Assembly: GCA_016125375.1 (NCBI GenBank)
Contig: WGLU01000007.1
Span: forward strand, 68,499 to 132,498
Source of the DNA: Pseudomonadota bacterium
GTDB lineage: Bacteria; Pseudomonadota; Alphaproteobacteria; UBA1280; RI-95
Direction of reading: 5' to 3'
Length of the DNA stretch: 64,000 nt
The notes beneath the pieces were generated by a model, which did no database searches, was not told the DNA's origin, and saw only the letters and a program-made list of their open reading frames with translations. Positions 54,387 to 64,000 of this stretch are shown one piece after another. Both the position numbers and the translations under genes were made by a program. Position 1 is the stretch's first letter, and every line of letters begins with the position of its first letter.

Positions 54387-55196
54387 TTATGCCTCTGTTG
54401 CAGGGGCTGTGGCCGACAGGTCACGGGATGTGCCCATAACGTGGTAGCCACCGTCAACGTGAATCACCTCGCCCGTTACTCCGGCAGACAGCGGCGAGAG
54501 CAGATACAGGGCATTTGAGCCGACCTCGTCGGCAGTTACATTGCGGCCCAGAGGCGCGTTGACAGCATTATAGGTCAGCATTTTGCGGAAATCGCCAATA
54601 CCGGAAGCGGCCAACGTGCGGATAGGGCCTGCGGAAATGGCGTTAACGCGCACATCGTTGACGCCCAGGTCGGCGGCCAGATAGCGGACGGAGGCCTCGA
54701 GCGCTGCCTTGGCCACACCCATGACGTTATAGTTGGGCACAACTTTTTCGGCGCCGTAGTAGCTCAGGGTTACCATGCTGCCGCCTTTGTTCATCAACGG
54801 CAGGGCGGCGCGGGCAGCGGCGATGAAGGAATAGCAGGAAATATCCATGCTCAGGGCAAAGTTGCTGCGGCTTGTATCAACAAAGCGGCCACGCAGCTCT
54901 TCTTTATCGGCAAAGGCGATGGCGTGGACAATAAAGTCGATTTTGCCCCAGCTTTTGCCGATGGTGGCAAAGGCGTCATTGATGGCGTCGTCGTTGGTAA
55001 CGTTGCACTCGATGACCATGTTGCTGCCAACGCTGGCGGCCAGCGGTGTAATACGCTTGTGCAGGGCCTCGCCCGCATAGGTAAAGGCCAATTCGGCACC
55101 CTGGGCATGCAGCTGCTGGGCGATACCCCACGCGATGGATTTGTCGTTGGCGACGCCCATGATAACGCCGCGTTTACCGTCCATAATGCCCGACAT
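54387..55196 (-). CDS. fabI: Enoyl-[acyl-carrier-protein] reductase (NADH)
   Basis: [26 protein letters not shown] (Rossmann). Catalytic Y-x6-K region. 269 aa from the Met at 55196. Confidence 0.9.
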   Translation of the reverse strand: MSGIMDGKRGVIMGVANDKSIAWGIAQQLHAQGAELAFTYAGEALHKRITPLAASVGSNMVIECNVTNDDAINDAFATIGKSWGKIDFIVHAIAFADKEELRGRFVDTSRSNFALSMDISCYSFIAAARAALPLMNKGGSMVTLSYYGAEKVVPNYNVMGVAKAALEASVRYLAADLGVNDVRVNAISAGPIRTLAASGIGDFRKMLTYNAVNAPLGRNVTADEVGSNALYLLSPLSAGVTGEVIHVDGGYHVMGTSRDLSATAPATEA

Positions 55197-55345
55197 ATGA
55201 TAACTCCTTTTACAAATGGAGCATCTTTTTAACACTGTCGGGCGTGGGGAGCAACGGCTCTAAAGCTCGGCGGCATTCTTGTAGGCCAGAAAAGCCTGCG
55301 GGGAGGGGGCTTGCTCTGCTGGCCCCAAAGCGGTAACCGCCTGTA

Positions 55346-55558
55346 CTATTTGTGTAGGGGGGCGTCGCTGGTAAAGCCGGATGCCGGAGCCGGTGCGCCG
55401 GCAGGTGTCTGACCCGGAGGAATGGCACCTGTTAGTTCCTCTGGCTTGATGCCCAGCTGTTTGGCAAGGCGCTTAATACCGACAAGCTCGCCCTCGAAAA
55501 TAGTACTGTAACCGCCACCGTAACAGTTAGAGCAAACAGGCATGGGATAACCTTTCAT
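55346..55558 (-). CDS. Possible small protein with N-terminal CxxC (70 aa)
   Basis: The ORF has MPVCSNCYGGGY at the N-terminus and a Pro/Ala-rich tail. There is no clear SD, so this is speculative. Confidence 0.25.
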   Translation of the reverse strand: MKGYPMPVCSNCYGGGYSTIFEGELVGIKRLAKQLGIKPEELTGAIPPGQTPAGAPAPASGFTSDAPLHK

Positions 55559-55668
55559 CGCTGCTGGGTAACTTATGGTTCGTTACAGTAACTTTATTGG
55601 TTACATAAAACCCCAAGGTAAATTAGTATAAAAATTAACTGATAATAATCATATATTGAGGATGTGTT

Positions 55669-56748
55669 ATGCAGCTGGATAAGTTTTATGGAGTATCAAA
55701 TGAGGTCAGGCAGCAGGCATACCAGCTTTACCAATTTATCGAACCGCATATGCCCAAGCTGCTGGATGGTTTTTATGGCCATGTCCAACAGGTCCCCGAA
55801 CTTAGAGAGATTCTGGCCGGCAAAAATACAGATGTGTTGAAAAAGGCCCAGATGAAGCACTGGCGCGCTGCCATGGCCGCGACCGAAGATCCTGCTTATG
55901 CAGAGCAGACGCTGCGCATTGGCGAGGCCCACGAGCGCATCGGCCTGGAGCCAAAATGGTACATGGGGGCGTATGCCTTCCTGATGGCTGAGATTACACG
56001 CCTGATTTGCGAAAATACGGGCTTCTTTGACCGTGACAAGCGGGTGCAGATGATAGATGCCATGGTCCGTATTTTCATGATGGATATGGCGCACGCCATT
56101 TCGGTCTATCAGGAAAAGAAGATTGATACCCTCGCCGACGTGATGACAGAGATGAACACATTCGGCAAAGAGCTCACCGATCGGTTGCAACAGTCGGCCG
56201 CGGCAGCACAGGAAATGAGTAGTTCCATTAACGAAATCACCCAACAGACCCATAGTGTCGGCCAATTAATGGAAGTGCTGATGGATTACGCCGGGAATGT
56301 GCAACAATCCATGAGCGAGCTCGAATCCCTCTCGAAAAACATCAATGGTGTTCTGTCGCTTATCCGGGATGTGGCCGAACAGACCAACTTGCTGGCGCTG
56401 AATGCGGCGATTGAGTCCGCCCGTGCGGGCGAGGCTGGACGGGGTTTTGCCGTGGTAGCCGATGAGGTACGCAAGCTGGCCGGTACGACCAATAACTCGG
56501 TTGTAGATATCGGTACCCAGATATCGCAAGTGCAGGCGCAGATTGTGACAGCCGTTCAGCAGGTCACCAACATGGTCAAAAGCATTACCGAGGTGCGGGA
56601 CAATAATATGAATATCAGCTCCGCCATTAACGAGCAGAGTGCGGCAACCGAACAGATTACCGAAGGGATTGCCGGACTGCACAATCACGCGGAAAGTGCG
56701 AACAGCTCTATCTCACAGAAAATCCAGAGAAGTCTGGGACGGATGTAA
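55669..56748 (+). CDS. Globin-coupled sensor with methyl-accepting chemotaxis (MCP) signalling domain (HemAT-like)
   Basis: N-terminal protoglobin-like sensor (~170 aa) with [24 protein letters not shown]-terminal MCP signalling domain with [33 protein letters not shown]. Confidence 0.75.
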   Translation: MQLDKFYGVSNEVRQQAYQLYQFIEPHMPKLLDGFYGHVQQVPELREILAGKNTDVLKKAQMKHWRAAMAATEDPAYAEQTLRIGEAHERIGLEPKWYMGAYAFLMAEITRLICENTGFFDRDKRVQMIDAMVRIFMMDMAHAISVYQEKKIDTLADVMTEMNTFGKELTDRLQQSAAAAQEMSSSINEITQQTHSVGQLMEVLMDYAGNVQQSMSELESLSKNINGVLSLIRDVAEQTNLLALNAAIESARAGEAGRGFAVVADEVRKLAGTTNNSVVDIGTQISQVQAQIVTAVQQVTNMVKSITEVRDNNMNISSAINEQSAATEQITEGIAGLHNHAESANSSISQKIQRSLGRM

Positions 56749-56843
56749 CTTTTAGCACTCTAAGCTTGAGAGTGCTAATCGGATGCCTTATATTGAAACA
56801 GTGGTGCCTGTGCACCAAGTGTTTTACGTAAGGGGAAACATCC

Positions 56844-59462
56844 ATGAATCCAGAGCGTTATACCCAAAAAGCCATTGCCATCCTCAATGATGCGCAAAAT
56901 CTTGCCCTGCAGGAAAACCACCAGCAGCTGACCTGCTGGCATGTGCTGCACGCCTTTATGGACGATACGGAAGGATATGCGGCGCGTCTGCTGCAAAAGG
57001 CGGGGGCGGACGTGGTCACCCTGCGCGCGGCGATTAAGACAGAACTGGATAAGTTGCCGCAGGTACAAGGCAGCGGCGCGCAGATGTACGCCGACCGCGA
57101 CCTGCAAAAAGTGCTGGCGATGGTGGAAAAGGAAAGCAAGGTCTGGGGCGACAGCTTTGTGGCCGCTGATGTGCTGCTGTACACCCTTGTCCGCGATGGG
57201 GGCGAGGCCGCCAAAGTGCTGCAAAAGGCAGGCGTGCGCGACAAGGCCCTCAAAGAAGTAATGACTGCCGAGCGTGGCGGCCAGAAGGCCGAAAGCCGCA
57301 GCGCCGAAGACACTCAAGGCGCCCTGAATAAATATACCCGTGATGTGACGGCCGACGCCCGTGCGGGTAAAATGGACCCGATTATCGGCCGTGAGGACGA
57401 AATCCGCCGGACAATCCAAGTCCTCTCCCGCCGGACCAAAAACAACCCTGTGCTGATTGGTGAGGCCGGGGTGGGTAAAACAGCCATTGTAGAAGGGTTG
57501 GCGCAGCGTATTGTCAACGGTGACGTACCGGAAAGCCTGAAGAACAAACGTCTGTTGAGTCTGGATATGGGCGGGCTGATTGCCGGCGCCAAGTTCCGTG
57601 GTGAGTTTGAAGAACGCCTGAAAGCTGTGCTGAAAGAAGTTGAGGCTGCCGCAGGCGAAATCATCCTGTTCATCGACGAACTGCACACCATTATGGGCGC
57701 AGGGGCTACGGGTGAAGGGGCAATGGATGCCTCCAATTTGCTCAAGCCCGAGCTGGCACGCGGCGCGCTGCACTGCGTAGGCGCCACGACGCTGGACGAA
57801 TACCGCAAACATATCGAGAAAGACCCCGCCCTTGCGCGGCGTTTCCAGCCTGTGATGGTGAACGAGGCGACTGTGGGGGAAACCATCTCCATCCTGCGCG
57901 GGATTAAGGAGAAGTACGAGGTCCACCACGGCGTACGGATTGCCGATACGGCACTGGTGGCTGCGGCTAACTTGTCCAACCGGTACATTCAGGGGCGGTT
58001 CCTGCCCGACAAGGCGATTGACCTTGTGGACGAGGCAGCCGCCAATATCCGTATGGAAATCGACTCCAAGCCCAAAGAGCTGGATGAGGTTGACCGCAAG
58101 CTGATGCAGCGGAAAATCGAAAAGCGCGCGCTGGAGAAAGAATCCGACGCCGCCAGCATCAAGCGCCTTGAAGAGCTGGGCAAGGAACTGGACAAGCTGC
58201 AGGCAGAGTCCGACCGTTTGACGAAAGAATGGGTGGAAGCCAAGCGGCTGATTCAGGGCAGTGCCAAAATCAAGGAAGAGCTGGATGAGGCGCGTCGTGA
58301 AGTTGAGGTCAAGACCCGTGAGGGTGATCTGGGCCGTGTGGCCGAGCTCCAGTACGGGGTCATCCCGACGCTGACCAAACAGCTCGAGCAGATGCAGAAG
58401 GCAGAGGCTGCGGGCGAAAAAGGCGGCGAGAAGGTAAAGTCCACCCTCCTGCGTGAAGAGGTGACCGAGGACAGTATCGCCAAAATCGTCTCCGCATGGA
58501 CGGGTATTCCTGTGGATAAAATGCTCGAAGGCGAGCGTGAGAAGCTGCTGAACATGGAAAAACTGCTCGGCAGCCGCGTGATTGGCCAACCGGCACCGAT
58601 TGCAGCCGTTTCCGAGGCCGTGCGCCGTGCCCGTGCCGGCTTGCAGGATGCGCGCCGCCCCATCGGGTCGTTCCTGTTCCTGGGGCCCACGGGTGTGGGT
58701 AAGACCGAGCTGAGCAAGGCGCTGGCCGAGTTCCTGTTCGACGATGATCAGGCGATGATCCGCATTGATATGTCCGAGTATATGGAAAAGCATACGGTGA
58801 GCCGCCTGATTGGCGCCCCTCCGGGCTATGTGGGCTACGATCAGGGCGGGGCCCTGACAGAGGCCGTGCGCCGCAAACCCTACAGCGTCATCTTGTTTGA
58901 CGAGGTGGAAAAGGCGCATCCGGACGTTTTCAACGTGCTCTTGCAGGTGCTGGACGACGGTCGCCTGACCGACGGTCAGGGCCGCACGGTGGACTTTACC
59001 AACACGGTCATCATCCTGACATCCAACCTTGGGGCCGAGCACTTGGCAAACCTTAAGGACGGTAAAAGCGTGGAAACCGTGCGCGATGATGTGATGAAGG
59101 TTGTTAAAGGTGCCTTCCGTCCGGAGTTTTTGAACCGTCTGGACGATATCATCCTGTTTGGCCGCCTGGACCGTGCTGTAATGGCCGGTATTGTGGACGT
59201 GCAACTTAAAGGACTGGAGAAACTGCTGGCTGAGCGCCGTATGACGCTGGAGCTGGACGCTGCTGCCAAAAACTGGCTGGCCGAACGTGGTTATGACCCG
59301 GTTTACGGGGCGCGACCACTCAAGCGGGTTATCCAGAAAGAGCTGCAGAACAAGCTGGCCGAGCTCATCCTGCGGGATGTACTCAAGGACGGTGACAAGG
59401 TGGAGGTGGGTGTGCGCGATGGCGCGCTTGATATTCGCCGCAATCAGGTTGTTGCTGCTTAA
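56844..59462 (+). CDS. clpB: ATP-dependent chaperone ClpB
   Basis: 872 aa. N-domain, NBD1 ([15 protein letters not shown]), long coiled-coil M-domain, NBD2 ([15 protein letters not shown]), and sensor-2 GARPLKR. Confidence 0.95.
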   Translation: MNPERYTQKAIAILNDAQNLALQENHQQLTCWHVLHAFMDDTEGYAARLLQKAGADVVTLRAAIKTELDKLPQVQGSGAQMYADRDLQKVLAMVEKESKVWGDSFVAADVLLYTLVRDGGEAAKVLQKAGVRDKALKEVMTAERGGQKAESRSAEDTQGALNKYTRDVTADARAGKMDPIIGREDEIRRTIQVLSRRTKNNPVLIGEAGVGKTAIVEGLAQRIVNGDVPESLKNKRLLSLDMGGLIAGAKFRGEFEERLKAVLKEVEAAAGEIILFIDELHTIMGAGATGEGAMDASNLLKPELARGALHCVGATTLDEYRKHIEKDPALARRFQPVMVNEATVGETISILRGIKEKYEVHHGVRIADTALVAAANLSNRYIQGRFLPDKAIDLVDEAAANIRMEIDSKPKELDEVDRKLMQRKIEKRALEKESDAASIKRLEELGKELDKLQAESDRLTKEWVEAKRLIQGSAKIKEELDEARREVEVKTREGDLGRVAELQYGVIPTLTKQLEQMQKAEAAGEKGGEKVKSTLLREEVTEDSIAKIVSAWTGIPVDKMLEGEREKLLNMEKLLGSRVIGQPAPIAAVSEAVRRARAGLQDARRPIGSFLFLGPTGVGKTELSKALAEFLFDDDQAMIRIDMSEYMEKHTVSRLIGAPPGYVGYDQGGALTEAVRRKPYSVILFDEVEKAHPDVFNVLLQVLDDGRLTDGQGRTVDFTNTVIILTSNLGAEHLANLKDGKSVETVRDDVMKVVKGAFRPEFLNRLDDIILFGRLDRAVMAGIVDVQLKGLEKLLAERRMTLELDAAAKNWLAERGYDPVYGARPLKRVIQKELQNKLAELILRDVLKDGDKVEVGVRDGALDIRRNQVVAA

Positions 59463-59552
59463 TAGGTACGAAAAACCTGCGAAAAGCCCATCCTTACCGA
59501 TGGGCTTTTGCTATACTGTTACAAAAGAAGAACAGGAGTTTGTACCGTTACC

Positions 59553-60386
59553 ATGTCTGCCTTGCTGGTCGCCAAGATTGTCATTCCGTTTATCCTTGCC
59601 TATGCAGGCGTCTGCCTGCTGATGTTCCTGATGCAGGACAGGTTGATTTTTGCCCGACATCTGGCCGTGCATAACCTGCCGGACAGGCTGAGTTTGAAGT
59701 ATCTGGACGAGATGACACTGGATGTGGCCCCCGGTGTTGCGCTGCATGGCTACTACAGCCCCAACCGTGATGAAGGTGCCCCGCTGATTATTGCTTTTGG
59801 CGGCAATGCAGACAGTGCCGCCGAGCTGGCCAAGAATCTGGAATGGCAATTCCCCAAACATCGGGTCGCTGTGTTTGACTACCGGGGATATGGCAAAAGC
59901 ACAGGCGAGCCATCCCAGAAAGCACTGTATGCGGATGCTTTGACCGTACATGACAATCTGGTGGCACAGTTTAAGCCTGCCTACGTTGTGCTGGTTGGCC
60001 ATAGCTTGGGCAGTGGGATGGCGGTGTATCTGTCTGCCATGCGTAAACTTGCCGGTATGTTGTTGGTGACACCGTATGACAGTCTGGCCCGTGTGGCCCA
60101 GCAGGCGTACCCGTTCCTGCCTGTCATGCTGTTGATGAAACACCGTTTCCCTTCTTATAAGTACATGGTGGGTAATGGAACGCCGACACAGATTATCGTT
60201 GCCGGGCGCGACAGTCTGGTGCGCCCCGAGCGTGGCCGCGCATTGCGCGACATTACCCGTAACCTTGTCGGCTACACCGAGATTCCGGATGTAGGGCATA
60301 ACGAGATTCGCATGTCGCCGCTTTATGAAGAAGCCTTCCAGAAGGCATTGCTGACCCTGACGCCGACCAGCGAAGGACATAAATAA
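59553..60386 (+). CDS. Alpha/beta-fold hydrolase
   Basis: Nucleophile elbow GHSLGSG. N-terminal TM/signal anchor. Start at MSALLVAKI with an AGGAG SD. Confidence 0.65.
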   Translation: MSALLVAKIVIPFILAYAGVCLLMFLMQDRLIFARHLAVHNLPDRLSLKYLDEMTLDVAPGVALHGYYSPNRDEGAPLIIAFGGNADSAAELAKNLEWQFPKHRVAVFDYRGYGKSTGEPSQKALYADALTVHDNLVAQFKPAYVVLVGHSLGSGMAVYLSAMRKLAGMLLVTPYDSLARVAQQAYPFLPVMLLMKHRFPSYKYMVGNGTPTQIIVAGRDSLVRPERGRALRDITRNLVGYTEIPDVGHNEIRMSPLYEEAFQKALLTLTPTSEGHK

Positions 60387-60390
60387 ACCG

Positions 60391-60425
60391 AAAAAAGCCC
60401 CCGCAATGCGGGGGCTTACGATTTT
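60391..60425. terminator. Hairpin terminator AAGCCCCCGC-AAT-GCGGGGGCTT, flanked by A6 and a 3' ACGATTTT (member of a recurring family)
   Basis: A 10-bp GC stem between the hydrolase stop (60386) and the stop of the minus-strand gene (60430). It is near-identical to the hairpin at 61406..61437. Confidence 0.7.
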
Positions 60426-60429
60426 GGGG

Positions 60430-60738
60430 TCAGGCACCCTTCACGTCGATGTGGAAGGACCGCTTGAGGATGCAAGCGGCGACCGCATGGGCGTGGGTAA
60501 CGTAGGCGCTGATGGTATCGGCCGCCTGATAGTCGTCGCAAGTGATGATTTTCGTCACCACCACGTCGTGGCTGCCGAAAGTATTCGGCACACAGGTGAC
60601 GTTATCCTCGGCGATGGTGAACTGGACGTCGTCCTTTGCGAACGCATTCCAGATGCGCACCATGTCGCCGCGCAGGTCGTCGGTGTAGGCGGGATCGCCA
60701 AAATGGGCCGTGAAAGTGAGTGTTTTGATGGCGGACAT
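60430..60738 (-). CDS. Hypothetical protein (103 aa)
   Basis: Start at MSAIKTLTF. GC3-rich. No recognisable family. Confidence 0.45.
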   Translation of the reverse strand: MSAIKTLTFTAHFGDPAYTDDLRGDMVRIWNAFAKDDVQFTIAEDNVTCVPNTFGSHDVVVTKIITCDDYQAADTISAYVTHAHAVAACILKRSFHIDVKGA

Positions 60739-60946
60739 GTAAGCGTCCTCCGGTAGGCAAAGGAAGAAAACGGAAGGAAGGCAGTGCACCTACTATAGGA
60801 AGATACGCATGTTTTGACAAGCCCAGGGCTTGAAAGCGCACCTAACAGGCGGCATATCCATTAAGACTGTCATTATTGGACACACTTTCACCCGTTTCTT
60901 TCACCTGACCTGCCTTTGAGCAGCCCAACCCACAGGATACATTCGC

Positions 60947-61393
60947 ATGAAGTACAATCATGTCCCGCGTCCCGCGCCGACGGCCGAAGAGCTCGTCCGC
61001 GCCGAAGCTTTCGCGAAAGCCCACGGCACCGAAGGTTTTGGTGTGCTGCGTGTGCTGGGATTCACCGGCTATACCGAGTATCTGCCGGACGAGGCGCCGC
61101 CTGTTTCCGGCACCGGTATCGACCTTGGCTACGCGATGGCTGTCGACCCCGACCACCTGGCCGTTCACTGGCTGACGGTGCTCGAAGGGCGGCTGCGCAA
61201 AGCGCTGGCACGCACCAAGGGTGGCACCAGCGGCTGGGAACCGGCTCTGGCCGACATCGCCGCCGTGTGCACCAAGTATGACCTGCGCTGGATCAAGCTC
61301 TACGACATCCCGCCCCAGTGGCAGGCGTCGCTGGTGCTGGTCTCGCGCCGCAAGCACAATCTGGACATCCGTTTCGGCGAATCGCGCCGTTAA
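60947..61393 (+). CDS. Hypothetical protein (148 aa)
   Basis: GC3-rich ORF with an SD, transcribed divergently from 60430..60738 and followed by a strong terminator. Confidence 0.5.
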   Translation: MKYNHVPRPAPTAEELVRAEAFAKAHGTEGFGVLRVLGFTGYTEYLPDEAPPVSGTGIDLGYAMAVDPDHLAVHWLTVLEGRLRKALARTKGGTSGWEPALADIAAVCTKYDLRWIKLYDIPPQWQASLVLVSRRKHNLDIRFGESRR

Positions 61394-61405
61394 CAGGACA
61401 AAGCG

Positions 61406-61437
61406 TTGAAGCCCCCGCATTTGCGGGGGCTTCTTAG
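61406..61437. terminator. Bidirectional hairpin terminator GAAGCCCCCGCA-TT-TGCGGGGGCTTC
   Basis: A 12-bp stem between convergent 60947..61393 (+) and the M23 peptidase gene (-). Confidence 0.8.
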
Positions 61438-61442
61438 TTGGG

Positions 61443-62669
61443 TTATTGGGAAGCGGTGTTCTGGGCGTTTTCCTGCCAGAGGTTTTCCGCCTCGGCGACA
61501 GACTCGTCGAACTGGGATTTGTATTGGGCTTCCAGCGGATTGCCGTTGGGCAGTTTGACGGTGAGTGCGTCCACCTGTTTGCCGTAGTAAATAACTTCGT
61601 AGTGCAGGTGGGGGCCGGTGGAGCGGCCTGTGGTGCCGACATAGCCGATGACCTCGCCCTGACGGACACGGCGGCCGGAGCGCATGTTCCTTGCAAAGTT
61701 ATGCAGGTGTGCGTAGGCAGTCTGGTAAACACCGTTGTGGCGGATGCGGATGTATTTGCCGTAGCCGCCTTTCCAGCCAATCTCCTCAATACGCCCTGTA
61801 CCTGCCGCTTTAACCGGGGTGCCGCGGGGAGCTGCAAAGTCGGTCCCCTTGTGGGCACGGGTATAGCCGAGGATGGGGTGCTTGCGGCTGGGATTGAAGC
61901 GTGAGGAGATACGGGTGAACTTGAGCGGTGTGCGAATGAGCATACGCTCTTTGCTGATGCCGTCGCGGTTATAGTAGTTGCCATCATCGGCGCGGAAGGC
62001 CTCATAGGTGCCGACCTTGCCGATAAAGCGCGCTGCCAGCACGTCGCCGTTGCGAACGAGGTTGCCGTCGTTGTCGAACATCTGCTCGAAGATGACCTCG
62101 AACTTATCACCGGTGCGAATGTCGCGGGTAAAGTCCAGGTCCCAGGCAAAGAGCTCGACATAAGGAATCACCAGTCCATCCGGCAGGCCTGCCTCATTGG
62201 CGGCCTCGAACAGGGAGGAGGTGATTTCACCCCGGGCGACAGCCTTGCGCCCGAACAGGACACGGTCGGTTACCTGACACTGGTAGCTGTCATTGGTGCG
62301 GGATACTTTGACCGACTTGTCGTCACGGGTATTAAAGAACAGGCCCTCAAGACTCGTGGCCGTACCGGCATCGTCTTCCTTATATAGGAAGGCAACTTTT
62401 TGGCCGACCGGCAAACCACGCAGGCTGTACTTTTTGGCCAGGCTGCCCAAAGCGGTATAAACCTGGTCACCCGGCAGGCCTTCGCCAATGAGCAGGTCGC
62501 TCAGCGTCTGGCCGTTACCGAGGGTGGAAACCTTCTCTATATATATAGGGGGTAAGGAGAGCTCTTCGGCAGCAGGTGCCGGCGGCACGTTGCCGGTAGT
62601 TGCACTGACAGGCGCCCCCATCAGGAGCAGCCAGCATAAAATAGAGAGGGTTCTTTTTATTCTTTTCAT
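61443..62669 (-). CDS. M23-family metallopeptidase (LytM/MepM-like murein endopeptidase) with signal peptide
   Basis: C-terminal HKGTDFAAPRGTPV...GYVGTTGRSTGPHLHYEV (HxxxD and HxH zinc motifs). Start at MKRIKRTLSILCWLLLMGAPVSA (62669). The ORF-track N-terminal extension was rejected. Confidence 0.85.
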   Translation of the reverse strand: MKRIKRTLSILCWLLLMGAPVSATTGNVPPAPAAEELSLPPIYIEKVSTLGNGQTLSDLLIGEGLPGDQVYTALGSLAKKYSLRGLPVGQKVAFLYKEDDAGTATSLEGLFFNTRDDKSVKVSRTNDSYQCQVTDRVLFGRKAVARGEITSSLFEAANEAGLPDGLVIPYVELFAWDLDFTRDIRTGDKFEVIFEQMFDNDGNLVRNGDVLAARFIGKVGTYEAFRADDGNYYNRDGISKERMLIRTPLKFTRISSRFNPSRKHPILGYTRAHKGTDFAAPRGTPVKAAGTGRIEEIGWKGGYGKYIRIRHNGVYQTAYAHLHNFARNMRSGRRVRQGEVIGYVGTTGRSTGPHLHYEVIYYGKQVDALTVKLPNGNPLEAQYKSQFDESVAEAENLWQENAQNTASQ

Positions 62670-63031
62670 CCGTCTATTGTTTGTGAAAGCGGGGGTGACT
62701 GTCAACGGAAAGCAGCCTGCCGGGCCCTGTTGGCACATAATAAGGCCCCCTGCTGTAATGATATAAACCTGTGTTATGTGAATGTAAGGTGACATAACCA
62801 TAGGAAGGGCCCATGTTGCTGCCGTATCAGAGCTGTTTTTGCGTTTATGAAATGGCTCTAATTCAGGGGTTTTTGAGGTGTTTTCAAAAAAGTGAAAAAA
62901 ACGCGTTTTTAGGTGTTGACATACCCCCTCAAAAACCATACTTTCCACCTCGCCGCTGACGGACAAAACGAAAAGCGGCACGGAGCCGAAAGGCACCCCG
63001 GAAAAAAGTTAAAGGGTTGTGAAAATACCGC

Positions 63032-63059
63032 TTGACTTGATAAGCCGGAGTGATAATAT
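63032..63059 (+). promoter_or_regulatory. Candidate rRNA operon promoter (TTGACT-16 nt-TAATAT); approximate position
   Basis: Good sigma70 consensus ~215 nt upstream of the 16S 5' end. A second weaker TTGACA-17-TACTTT lies at ~62916-62944. Confidence 0.4.
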
Positions 63060-63273
63060 CAGCTCCCGTCGCACAGAAAGCGACACGCTCTTAGAAATTG
63101 AGAATAGGTGAGAAAAAGGATTCTGTGGGGCTCGGATAACGCCTAATTTTAGAAAGGCTGTTCCGAGAGTACCACAAGAATCACCCGTAATGAAAATTAT
63201 GGGTTTTAACTTGTGATGCGAAGTGAATAGCCAGACAAACTCGTCATCGGTTTTAGCGCCGAATGACTTCATC

Positions 63274-64000
<727 letters not shown>

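Noticed and set aside
60842-62161. 439-aa Ser/Thr/Pro/Ala-rich ORF on the minus strand
   Set aside because: It overlaps both the 60947..61393 gene and the M23 peptidase gene. It has a low-complexity composition and no start context.

Overview
This 64-kb window looks like a chromosomal segment of an alphaproteobacterium. The 16S signatures at the 3' end (GATAATGACGGTACC, GTAATACGGAGGGGGCAAGCG) support that placement. The genes outside the compositional islands below have moderate GC, and the chromosome is densely packed with housekeeping genes. These include: uvrB; uvrC; pgeF-DUF185 methyltransferase-lgt-hldD; proC; rpmH-rnpA-yidD-yidC-engB; tRNA-Pro(CGG); glycyl-tRNA synthetase; ppdK; ygfZ; xseB-ispA; tlyA; fabI; clpB; and a partial 16S rRNA gene.

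The feature that stands out most is an approximately 9-kb minus-strand operon at 14.4-23.6 kb. It encodes a GspE/PilB-type secretion ATPase, a GspF/PilC-type platform protein, an A24 prepilin peptidase, three pilin-like proteins and three unclassifiable membrane or periplasmic accessory proteins. The pilin-like proteins share an unusual leader ending Q-[RH]-G, with Ala-Met-Phe and an Asp at +6 in place of the canonical Phe(+1)/Glu(+5). No secretin is present, and a J-domain protein is encoded at the operon end. This is a type-IV-filament (T2SS/T4P-like) machine that does not match the canonical Gsp, Pil, Tad or Com layouts.

A second theme is a set of single-gene or two-gene islands with very GC3-rich codon usage, distinct from the background. 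Each island is bracketed by strong GC-stem rho-independent terminators. They carry tandem duplicated HtrA-like proteases, an M17 aminopeptidase, a CTD-less CDF transporter, and small membrane or unknown proteins. Several of the terminators belong to a recurring hairpin family of the form GAAGCCCCCGC-loop-GCGGGGGCTTC.

Other notable points are DnaA boxes in the AT-rich uvrB-uvrC spacer and an orphan TAXI-TRAP binding protein. There are also tandem HAD nucleotidase paralogs beside tRNA-Pro, a TetR-TlpA-membrane-zinc-ribbon operon, an alpha2-type GlyRS, a Sel1-repeat protein and an orphan globin-coupled MCP sensor. No CRISPR array, transposase or integrase was found. Coordinates of features not anchored on an ORF (terminators, promoters) are approximate to within a few nucleotides.
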